Source: Thalassolituus sp. UBA1087
GTDB taxonomy: Bacteria > Pseudomonadota > Gammaproteobacteria > Pseudomonadales > Oceanobacteraceae
Assembly (NCBI GenBank): GCA_002314145.1
Contig: DCCG01000002.1
Location: 22,155 to 86,154 of the forward strand
Length of the DNA stretch: 64,000 nt
Reading direction: 5' to 3'
This document shows, piece by piece, positions 56,480 to 64,000 of the stretch. Both the position numbers and the translations under genes were made by a program. Below the pieces are notes generated by a model that made no database searches, had not been told where the DNA came from, and saw only the letters and a list, made by a program, of their open reading frames with translations. Positions within the stretch are counted from its first letter, which is position 1. Each line of letters begins with the position of its first letter.

Positions 56480-57402
56480 TACTCCTGCGGCGCCGCCGCC
56501 TGTGTATCCTGATGATCAGCTTTTATCATTTGCTGACTGCTGACGTCCTGTGATCCGTCAGCCTTTTTATCAGAACTGCGGGATGATTCCTGTTTTTCTT
56601 TATTCTCTGCCGCTGAGCCGGCCTTTTCTTCCGGCACTGGCTCATCCGGTTCAAATTTTGGCTGCACCAGTTTTTTACCCACATCAATCAGCGTTACGTC
56701 GCGTAAAAAACTCCGCCCCAACAATATCGGATAAGTCATCTGCGAACGGTCAGTGAGCGAAAATTCGGTGTCCTGCTGCAGGTTGTTGCCCAGATTCACG
56801 GTCAGACTGACCACCGGACGACGGTCGATTTCTTCTGAAGAGGCCTGCCGGATGCGCACGTGGCGAACCAATGGCGCTTCCACTGAAATCGGATCAATTT
56901 CGTCATCATGCTGCAGATCAAACTTTACCCACTTCTCGCCATTGCGCTCAAAACGTTCAATGTTTCTGGCACTCAGTGACGACGTGGCAGCCCCGCTGTC
57001 GACGCGGGCTTTATAGTGATGTCCCGGCGGCGAAATATATATCCATTCACTGGACCCCACGAGTACGCGGCCATCAAGCTGGTCAGCACTGGCCCCTGTG
57101 GCCGGGCAATCACTGTTAACAAAGGAAGGGTTGGCCGCAGCCAGCGCCTGCACTTCGGCACGCAGCGTATCAAAGGATTGTCTCTGCTCACGCAGGCGGC
57201 TGCTCACCTGCTCCAGGCCCGAGCATTCAAGTACCGGCGACGGTGCTGGCGGGGGCTCTTTACGGGCCTGTACAGCCTCTTCAACAATGGCGCGGATAGA
57301 GTCATCGGTCACGGCCCGGTGCTCTGGCGACGGCCAGGAGGCACAGCCGGACATCACAGCAGTCAACAGGCCAAACAGGGTTATGGCTGCCCTTGAGGGC
57401 AT
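56479..57402 (-). CDS. RimK-associated putative aspartic (retropepsin-like, 'ATP-dependent zinc protease' family) peptidase, lipoprotein
   Basis: SD GGAGG before ATG 57402; lipobox MSGC; ARVDSGAATSSL, FSLTDR, YPILLGRSFL; TAATG overlap with the next gene. Confidence 0.88.
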   Translation of the reverse strand: MPSRAAITLFGLLTAVMSGCASWPSPEHRAVTDDSIRAIVEEAVQARKEPPPAPSPVLECSGLEQVSSRLREQRQSFDTLRAEVQALAAANPSFVNSDCPATGASADQLDGRVLVGSSEWIYISPPGHHYKARVDSGAATSSLSARNIERFERNGEKWVKFDLQHDDEIDPISVEAPLVRHVRIRQASSEEIDRRPVVSLTVNLGNNLQQDTEFSLTDRSQMTYPILLGRSFLRDVTLIDVGKKLVQPKFEPDEPVPEEKAGSAAENKEKQESSRSSDKKADGSQDVSSQQMIKADHQDTQAAAPQE

Positions 57403-57537
57403 ATCAGCCTCCGGTAAATCTTCAGGTCGACGGCATTTAACCACAGTGCGGGTATAAGCTGAACATCGGTTGTTTATTTTCCTCTGGGACAATCTGACCC
57501 ACAGGATGAACTTCAGCGTGATATGACAGACGGACAT

Positions 57538-57565
57538 AAAAAAAGCTCCCGAAGGAGCTTTTTTT
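57538..57565. terminator. Intrinsic terminator after the bacterioferritin pair
   Basis: A7-GCTCC-CGAA-GGAGC-T7, symmetric. Confidence 0.88.
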
Positions 57566-57587
57566 GCAACAGCCTGTTTCAGACCAT

Positions 57588-58058
57588 TCAGGCCATTTGC
57601 GACTGAATGTAATTCTGCAGACCAATACGGTCAATCAGGCCCAGCTGTTGTTCCAGCCAGTGTGCATGATCTTCTTCGGTATCATCCAGCAGCTTCAGCA
57701 GCATATCCCGTGTCACGTAATCTTTGACGGATTCGCAGTAATTCATCACTTCGCGCAGATGCGTGACAACGGCGTACTCCAGATCCAGATCCGCTTTCAG
57801 CATGGATGGCACGTCTTTACCCACGTTGATGGGTTCACGGGTCACCATATCCGGAATGCCTTCCAGAAACAGGATACGTTCAATCAACTCTGAGGCGTGG
57901 TCTTTTTCTTCTTCAAACTCATGGTTAATGCGATCAAAGAGTTTATCCAGACCCCAGTCCTGATACATGCGGGAATGAATAAAATACTGGTCCATGGCCG
58001 TCAGCTCTCCGGCCAGCAGAGCATTCAACATTTCAATGACTTTCGCGTCGCCTTTCAT
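57588..58058 (-). CDS. bfr: Bacterioferritin, ferroxidase-type subunit (BfrA/FtnA-like, no heme Met)
   Basis: E18, E51, H54, E94 and E128/H131 retained; position 52 is Lys. Confidence 0.95.
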   Translation of the reverse strand: MKGDAKVIEMLNALLAGELTAMDQYFIHSRMYQDWGLDKLFDRINHEFEEEKDHASELIERILFLEGIPDMVTREPINVGKDVPSMLKADLDLEYAVVTHLREVMNYCESVKDYVTRDMLLKLLDDTEEDHAHWLEQQLGLIDRIGLQNYIQSQMA

Positions 58059-58060
58059 AT

Positions 58061-58534
58061 TCAGTCGTCTCCCATCATGCTTTGCAGGTAATTCTGTATA
58101 CCACTGTGTTCAATGATGTACTGCTGGCTTTCAATCCAGTCCAGATACTCTTCTTCGTATTCGAGAATGTCTTCCAGCAGATCCCGGGTTACGTAATCAC
58201 GGACTGATTCACAATAGGCAATAGCCTCTTTCACCACCGGCAGCTGCTCGAGAATCTGATCCATATCGCACTGCAGCATTTCTTCCGGTTTTTCACCTAC
58301 CCGCAAACGGTTCAGTTTCTGCAGATTCGGCAAGCCTTCCAGAAACAGGATACGTTCGATAATGGCGTCGGCCTGTTTCATATCCTTGATGGATTTTTTA
58401 TAGGCTTTTTCGTTCAGTTCATCCAGCCCCCAGTTTTTAAACATACGGGCATGTAAAAAATACTGATTAATAGATGTCAGTTCTATACAGAGTATCTGGT
58501 TAAGATACTCATTAACCTTAGAATCGCCTTTCAT
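58061..58534 (-). CDS. bfr: Bacterioferritin, heme-binding subunit with degenerate ferroxidase centre (BfrB-like)
   Basis: Counting from ATG 58534: M52 retained; E51D, H54Q, E94I, H130Y. Confidence 0.93.
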   Translation of the reverse strand: MKGDSKVNEYLNQILCIELTSINQYFLHARMFKNWGLDELNEKAYKKSIKDMKQADAIIERILFLEGLPNLQKLNRLRVGEKPEEMLQCDMDQILEQLPVVKEAIAYCESVRDYVTRDLLEDILEYEEEYLDWIESQQYIIEHSGIQNYLQSMMGDD

Positions 58535-58788
58535 TATTTTCGCTCCTGAATCCGAATGACACACAGTCTAAGTTCCTGCCTGATATTGCGCAAGAAAATA
58601 TCATAGGTTTTACATATCGTTGCTATTGATTACCGGCATTATTCACTGACAAAGCCGATATTGATTGAAAGATGACAATACAATATTCGCCGGTTTTTAA
58701 TACAAATTATTGTTATTCAATATAACCGTCTTTTGTCAGTTATATAACAATGAATAAAAATATTTCTTATTCGTTTATAACTCCCGGG

Positions 58789-59268
58789 TTATCGGGCCGG
58801 TTTCATACCGATATGAAATGTGCCGTCTGAATGAAAGCACACGACCTGTTGCCGTTTTCTGCCAATTAAAAAAGGTTCGTCGTCAAAAAATAAAAAGTTT
58901 TTCCAGTGCTGACGAAATGTTTTCCAGTTGGTCTGCACAACGTGTTCCGAGTGATAACAGAAATAGACAACGGTATTGTCATCCCAGCTCAGATGCGCTG
59001 CAATCAATTCCGGCAATTCATCACTGTCACTGTCCCAGGGTTTCTGCCAGTTACCCTGCTCGCTCCAGACGCCGTTACGGGCAGGCCAGTCATCGCCGAG
59101 AAAATGGCTCGCATGAGTTGCTTCTTTGCTGATGTACTGACGCCAGATCTGACCAGAGCTTTCGCTGGTCAGTGGCCGGATATCTGCCAGTGCCTGATCG
59201 CTGACCGGTAATTCACGGTGGCGGAAAATCCAGCCCTGTCTGTAATCGGACCAATCAAGATAATTCAT
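58789..59268 (-). CDS. DUF2947 family protein
   Basis: MNY..WSDYRQGWIFRH..LPV...LADIRPL, VYFCY, WKNFLFFDDEP. Confidence 0.85.
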   Translation of the reverse strand: MNYLDWSDYRQGWIFRHRELPVSDQALADIRPLTSESSGQIWRQYISKEATHASHFLGDDWPARNGVWSEQGNWQKPWDSDSDELPELIAAHLSWDDNTVVYFCYHSEHVVQTNWKTFRQHWKNFLFFDDEPFLIGRKRQQVVCFHSDGTFHIGMKPAR

Positions 59269-59332
59269 ACGTCTGCGCCTGCTGAACCAGGCAACAGGTT
59301 AACATTTTAACTCAGAGTAGAGAAATAACGGC

Positions 59333-60622
59333 TCAGCCTTCGACCCGGTTACGGCCTTTTTCTTTGGCCGCATAGAGTGCGTTATCCGCATAATGCACCA
59401 GCTGACTGGTACTTTTACCATCCTGCGGAAAAGAGGCCAGGCCCGCCGACAGGGTCAGCCGGAGATCACAGCCCGCTGTCCGGAACGGCGTCTCCTGCAA
59501 CGTGGAACGGATTTCTTCAGCCAGTCCGCGGGCACCCTGGTGATCAGTATCCGGCATCACCAGCAGAAACTCTTCTCCGCCCCAGCGCATCAGAATATCC
59601 GAGCGGCGTATGCGCGATGACATCAGGCCGGCCGCCATACTCAGCGCCCGGTCACCGACCTGATGGCCATAGGTATCATTGATCATTTTGAACGCATCGA
59701 GATCAAACAGCGCAATACTCAGCGCCTGCTGCTCTCGTAACGCCAGCTGTAACTGCTGATCGAAGGCTACATAGCCTGAGCGGCGGTTTAACAGGCCGGT
59801 CAGTTCATCACGGGTCGCCATACGGATCAGCTGCTCTTCCATCAGCTTACGCGAATGAATATTACGCACCATGCCGACAACACGCTGCGCTTTACCGCTG
59901 GCATCACGCTCAGATACATGGCCACGGTCATGAATCCACACATAACCGCCGGCCCGTTTTCCCAGCCGGTATTCGAGGTCATAGCGGTCATGACGGCCAT
60001 GCAGATAGGCATCCAGTTCCTGCATCACGCGGGCGCTGTCCTCAGGATGAATGCTGTCTTTCCAGGTAAACAGATTGTGTTCGATTTCGTAGGGACCGTA
60101 ACCCAGCATGCGTTTTAGCGGCATGGAATAGAACACCTGGTCCCGTTTAACATCCCATTCCCACATACCGTCTGTGGCTTCGTTCAGAACAAACGCCAGC
60201 AACGACTCACGGTTGCCCATATTGGCACTGGCAGCCGCCCGGGGCGTGATATCACGCACGGATATCAGCAGGGATTCCTGGCCATTCCAGTCGACCATTT
60301 TCAGAATTTCTTCGGTGGGATACGCCTGATCATTCTCGCGCAGATACCAGCTGTTCTGTGTCAGCGCCGGTTGTTGTCTGACACTGTCCATCAGCGCCTG
60401 CCAGTGAGCACTGTCGTATTCATCTTCGCGCAGGGCATACAGCGAATGACCCACGAGATCAGCACGCTGGCGTTTCAGTTCATGACAGGCAGCCAGATTG
60501 CAGTCCAGGACCACACTGTCCGAGGGGGATACGAGATAAATCGCTTCCTGCAGGCAGTCAAACGCCTCCATACTCCGCCGCGTGCAGCCATCCGCTGTAT
60601 TCAAGTCGCCAACCTTTGCCAT
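59333..60622 (-). CDS. PAS-PAS/PAC-GGDEF diguanylate cyclase (with RxxD I-site)
   Basis: DGMWEWD, IHPED, WIHDRG (PAS_3); DELTGLLNRR, RRSD I-site, RWGGEEF. Start is 60622 or 60571. Confidence 0.93.
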   Translation of the reverse strand: MAKVGDLNTADGCTRRSMEAFDCLQEAIYLVSPSDSVVLDCNLAACHELKRQRADLVGHSLYALREDEYDSAHWQALMDSVRQQPALTQNSWYLRENDQAYPTEEILKMVDWNGQESLLISVRDITPRAAASANMGNRESLLAFVLNEATDGMWEWDVKRDQVFYSMPLKRMLGYGPYEIEHNLFTWKDSIHPEDSARVMQELDAYLHGRHDRYDLEYRLGKRAGGYVWIHDRGHVSERDASGKAQRVVGMVRNIHSRKLMEEQLIRMATRDELTGLLNRRSGYVAFDQQLQLALREQQALSIALFDLDAFKMINDTYGHQVGDRALSMAAGLMSSRIRRSDILMRWGGEEFLLVMPDTDHQGARGLAEEIRSTLQETPFRTAGCDLRLTLSAGLASFPQDGKSTSQLVHYADNALYAAKEKGRNRVEG

Positions 60623-60690
60623 GTCGTAAATTGTCAGTCTCTGCCTGAGAACAATGCGTTTTCTATCAGGAAAGCATAGTTCACAGGCAC

Positions 60691-60717
60691 AAAAAAAAGC
60701 CACCTGACGGTGGCTTT
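60691..60717 (-). terminator. Intrinsic terminator after thrC
   Basis: Minus strand GCCACC-GTCA-GGTGGC-T8. Confidence 0.85.
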
Positions 60718-60787
60718 AATTTTGCCAGACTCAACAGTGCCGGCCAGCTTGCAGACGTCGGCGGGACGCCTGCCGCAAAGGGAGCAA

Positions 60788-62200
60788 TCAGTCTTTGAAA
60801 GTGTTTTCTGCAATAAATGCCTGAACCTTATCCAGCTCAGCCGGCATCACCTTCATGCGCTCTTCCCGCGTCATCAGGTCCGCCAGGTGGTGTGGCAGTT
60901 CCGGCATATCGAAGCCGCCACGCTGAACCGCATCTTCAAATTTCACCGGATGCGCGGTACCCAGTGTAATCATCGGAATACTCTTATCACGGCGGCATTC
61001 CCGGGCAGCTTTGACGCCAATCGCGGTGTGCGGGTCCAGCAGATAACCGGTTTCTGCGAACACTTCTTTCATCATATCGACGGTGGTCGCTTCATCGACC
61101 GCATAGCTGTCAAACAGCTCACGGGCGCGCGCCAGACGGTCTTCATCCAGGGAGACCACGTCGCTGCGTGCACTCATACGCTGCATCAGTTCTGCCAGTA
61201 CCGGACCATTGCGGTCATACAGATCAAACAACAGACGTTCGAAGTTACTGGATACAGCAATGTCCATCGACGGTGTGATGGTGTGCTGCAGTGGATGAAC
61301 TTCGTACTGGTTCTTACTCATCAGACGGTGCAACACGTCATTGCTGTTGGTGGCAATGATCAGCTGTTCGATAGGCAGACCCATTTTTTTCGCCATATAG
61401 CCTGCGAAGATATCACCGAAGTTACCGGTCGGTACAGAATACGCCATGGAGCGCAGTGGTCCGCCCAGATTCAGGCTGGAATAGAAGTAGTAAACGATCT
61501 GCGCCATGATCCGCGCCCAGTTGATGCTGTTTACGGCGACCAGTTTGCGCTCACCACGCAGGAAGTCCTGGTTGCCGAAGCTTGCTTTGACCATGTCCTG
61601 CGCCTGGTCGAAGTTACCCTCGATGGCGATGTTGTAGATATTGTCACCGGTGACAGTGGTCATCTGACGACGCTGCACTTCTGACACCTTGCCATGCGGG
61701 TGCAGAATAAAGATATCCACATTACGGCAGGCTTTGGTGCCTTCGATGGCGGCAGAGCCAGTATCACCGGAGGTCGCCCCCATGATCACCACTTTTTCAT
61801 TGCGGCGCTCCAGCACATAGTCCAGCAGACGACCCAGCAACTGCAGGGCAAAATCTTTGAACGCCAGTGTCGGGCCATGAAACAGTTCCAGCACGTATTC
61901 GTTATGATCCAGCTGCTGCAGTGGCGCGATGGCTTTATGCCCGAAGTTGGTGTTGTTATACACCTCTTCCAGCATGGTCTTGAGCGCCGCAGAATCCACA
62001 CAGCCTTCAACAAAGGGATAAATCACTTTGTGTGCCAATTCGGTGTACGGCAGGTCACGCCAGGACTGGATTTCTTCCAGGCTGTAGTGCGGTACTTCTT
62101 TAGGCACGTAAAGGCCGCCATCGGTCGCAAGACCGGTCAGCAGCACGTCTTCGAATGTCAGTTCCGGGGCATTTCCGCGGGTCGATATATATTTCATCAT
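60788..62200 (-). CDS. thrC: Threonine synthase
   Basis: MKYISTRG, DGGLYVP, ELFHGPTLAFKD (PLP Lys), ATSGDTG, NSINWAR, VPTGNFG, DPHTA, TAHPVKF. Confidence 0.98.
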   Translation of the reverse strand: MMKYISTRGNAPELTFEDVLLTGLATDGGLYVPKEVPHYSLEEIQSWRDLPYTELAHKVIYPFVEGCVDSAALKTMLEEVYNNTNFGHKAIAPLQQLDHNEYVLELFHGPTLAFKDFALQLLGRLLDYVLERRNEKVVIMGATSGDTGSAAIEGTKACRNVDIFILHPHGKVSEVQRRQMTTVTGDNIYNIAIEGNFDQAQDMVKASFGNQDFLRGERKLVAVNSINWARIMAQIVYYFYSSLNLGGPLRSMAYSVPTGNFGDIFAGYMAKKMGLPIEQLIIATNSNDVLHRLMSKNQYEVHPLQHTITPSMDIAVSSNFERLLFDLYDRNGPVLAELMQRMSARSDVVSLDEDRLARARELFDSYAVDEATTVDMMKEVFAETGYLLDPHTAIGVKAARECRRDKSIPMITLGTAHPVKFEDAVQRGGFDMPELPHHLADLMTREERMKVMPAELDKVQAFIAENTFKD

Positions 62201-62285
62201 GGGCTTAAGCCTGCGGGGTCACATCATCAGCGAAATAAGGAGCGCGTAGTGTACATGGTTCGCGCCCGGCGCGCACCCGGCGTCC

Positions 62286-62789
62286 CTACAGGCGGTCCAG
62301 CATAGCGGGAGCATAGTCCTCAGCCGACACCTGCATTCCACGCTGCTTAATGCGTTCATCCAGATCGGCAATCTGCCGGTTCAGCTCTTCAAGAGTCAGG
62401 GTATTATCCTCCAGCTGATACAGATGCCTGGAACCATGTAACTGAAAGTATTTCACCACGATGGCGTCCGGATTATCCTCTTCCAGTGCCTGTTCCAGTT
62501 TACGGGAAGCGCGGTAAATACGGTTCAGCTCGGCTTTCAGCTGGCGCATATAGCGGATCTCATACATCCATGGCTTATCTTTGATCAGATTCATAATCCC
62601 GGCCAATACGAACAGAGATGTCACCACAGCGGCCAGATTCAATAAGGTGTTGGAATCACCGCTGCCCCAGAGCCCGGTATAAATCTGCGACAGCGCCAGT
62701 GACAACACCAACAGCCCGGCCACCAGTGCAGCCTGAAAACGGTTGAGACGTTTCTTGAAGCGCGCTTTATCAATATTTTCCAGTTTCAT
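62286..62789 (-). CDS. DUF3087 family membrane protein
   Basis: MKLENIDKARFKK, two TM helices, KPWMYEIRY..QLKAELNRIYR, LYQLEDNT. Confidence 0.85.
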   Translation of the reverse strand: MKLENIDKARFKKRLNRFQAALVAGLLVLSLALSQIYTGLWGSGDSNTLLNLAAVVTSLFVLAGIMNLIKDKPWMYEIRYMRQLKAELNRIYRASRKLEQALEEDNPDAIVVKYFQLHGSRHLYQLEDNTLTLEELNRQIADLDERIKQRGMQVSAEDYAPAMLDRL

Positions 62790-62906
62790 ACCCGCCGGTT
62801 ACCTCAGCAGCTGTGTGTTTGGCGCGAGTATAAAGAAAAGCAACGCCGGGTTCAGCGCTGCTGACATAAACAGCCGCTGAAAACTGGCACAAATGCCCCC
62901 TGTCAA

Positions 62907-62926
62907 CCAACCTACCAGTAGGTAGG
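62907..62926. promoter_or_regulatory. Palindromic operator candidate for the TetR regulator
   Basis: CCAACCTAC-CA-GTAGGTAGG (perfect core ACCTAC-CA-GTAGGT), lying in the spacer of a possible CTGTCA-17-TAGGCT promoter. Confidence 0.65.
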
Positions 62927-62952
62927 CTGGCCTCAGCATCAGGGATACAGTC

Positions 62953-63630
62953 ATGACGAATTCAGTCCACACAGACCCAGGCACGCCCGTAAAGCGATCA
63001 GCAGCGGCCCGCAGCAATACCCGCGAGCAGCTGATCCGGGTTTCAGCCGAGTTACTCTGCACGCGCGGATTCAGTGGCTTCAGCTATCAGGATCTCGCCA
63101 CCGAGCTGGGCATCCGCAAAGCCAGCGTACACCACCATTTTGCTCAGAAAGCAGACCTCGGGCTGGCTTTATGTGACTGGACTGAACAATGGCTGCGGCA
63201 GGGCTTTGAACATTTTGACCGCCAGGGCTCCGGTTCGGTGGACAAGCTGCAGCGCTATCTGCGCGCTGCTGCCAAACACACCTTTAATGAACACAAACAA
63301 TGCCCGGTCAGTGCCCTGCACAGTGATCTGGCCATTCTCCCGGATACCATTCAGCAACGCCTGACGCAACTGATGCACATTGAACACCAGTGGGTCAGCG
63401 CGGTGTTTTACGCAGCCCTGCAGAACGGTGAGCTGGTATCTCATACGCCGGCACCAGACGACGCAGATCAGAACCGGCAGGATCAGGCCGACGATATGGC
63501 GCGCCTGTTTATTTTTACCTGCAAAGGCGCACTCTTTTATGCCCGTTTGCAGGGACCGGAATTTTTTAACCAAAGCATGGCACTGCTGTTACAACAGTGG
63601 CTGCCATTATCTGATAACGACCACAGCTGA
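62953..63630 (+). CDS. TetR/AcrR family transcriptional regulator (NemR-like)
   Basis: RGFSGFSYQDLATELGIRKASVHHHFAQKADLG HTH; directly upstream of a flavin oxidoreductase. Confidence 0.93.
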   Translation: MTNSVHTDPGTPVKRSAAARSNTREQLIRVSAELLCTRGFSGFSYQDLATELGIRKASVHHHFAQKADLGLALCDWTEQWLRQGFEHFDRQGSGSVDKLQRYLRAAAKHTFNEHKQCPVSALHSDLAILPDTIQQRLTQLMHIEHQWVSAVFYAALQNGELVSHTPAPDDADQNRQDQADDMARLFIFTCKGALFYARLQGPEFFNQSMALLLQQWLPLSDNDHS

Positions 63631-63643
63631 TACAGGAAAATAC

Positions 63644-64000
63644 ATGAGCGATATTCACCAGGCGGTCAGCGCCCTGTTCGAACCCATCGACCTTGGACCG
63701 CTGCATTTAAAAAACCGCATTGCCATGGCACCCATGACCCGTACTTTTTCACCGGGTAACATTCCCAACGATCTGGTCACGGCTTATTACGCCCGCCGCG
63801 CAGAAAATGAAGTGGGTCTGATTATCACTGAAGGTACCTGCGTTAATCACAAAGCGTCCAACGGGTACCCGCGCGTGCCTTTTATTTATGGCGACGAAGC
63901 GCTGGCCGGCTGGAAAAAGGTGGTCGACGCCGTGCACGCTAAAGGCGGAAAAATTGCGCCGCAGCTGTGGCACGTGGGTGCGATCCGTAAAGAAAATACC
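63644..64000 (+). CDS. NADH:flavin oxidoreductase / Old Yellow Enzyme family (partial, runs off the window; absent from the ORF track)
   Basis: Manual translation: MSDIHQAVSALFEPIDLGPLHLKNRIAMAPMTR...YYARRA..EVGLIITEGT...GWKKVVDAVHAKGGKIAPQLWHVG; SD AGGA upstream. Confidence 0.93.
   Translation, partial: MSDIHQAVSALFEPIDLGPLHLKNRIAMAPMTRTFSPGNIPNDLVTAYYARRAENEVGLIITEGTCVNHKASNGYPRVPFIYGDEALAGWKKVVDAVHAKGGKIAPQLWHVGAIRKENT

Noticed and set aside
60710-61684. 324-aa + strand ORF (also 61694-62305)
   Set aside because: Antisense shadow of thrC; no recognisable motifs.

Overview
This 64 kb window looks like ordinary chromosomal DNA from a marine gammaproteobacterium. An Oceanospirillales/Pseudomonadales-like origin is inferred from the MvaT-like protein, the long-form DapD, the BfrA/BfrB pair, and the DUF1329 and AraC lipid-type regulators. 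I can support about 58 CDS (the last is truncated by the window edge), one initiator tRNA-fMet with a clear sigma70 promoter, several intrinsic terminators and several candidate operators. I found no integrase, transposase, rRNA, cas gene or CRISPR array. The observations most worth following up are: (1) a polarised array of four 97-100 bp repeats downstream of tRNA-fMet, each rebuilding the tRNA 3' half through CCA around an inserted hairpin with compensatory base changes; (2) a DUF1289 Cys-cluster protein carrying three beta-clamp-binding-like Q-x-x-[LM]-F motifs on a long disordered tail; (3) an AraC-controlled operon of an APH-fold kinase, a GlpD-like FAD oxidoreductase and an active/inactive tandem class II aldolase, which suggests an uncharacterised catabolic route; (4) the peptidase / 7TM-inactive transglutaminase / ATP-grasp three-gene system; (5) an MvaT-like silencer with an altered DNA-recognition loop; (6) an exported Lig E-type DNA ligase co-oriented with recJ; (7) a split-function bacterioferritin pair. 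Family assignments come from motifs read in the translations and from recalled family knowledge. No database searches were run.
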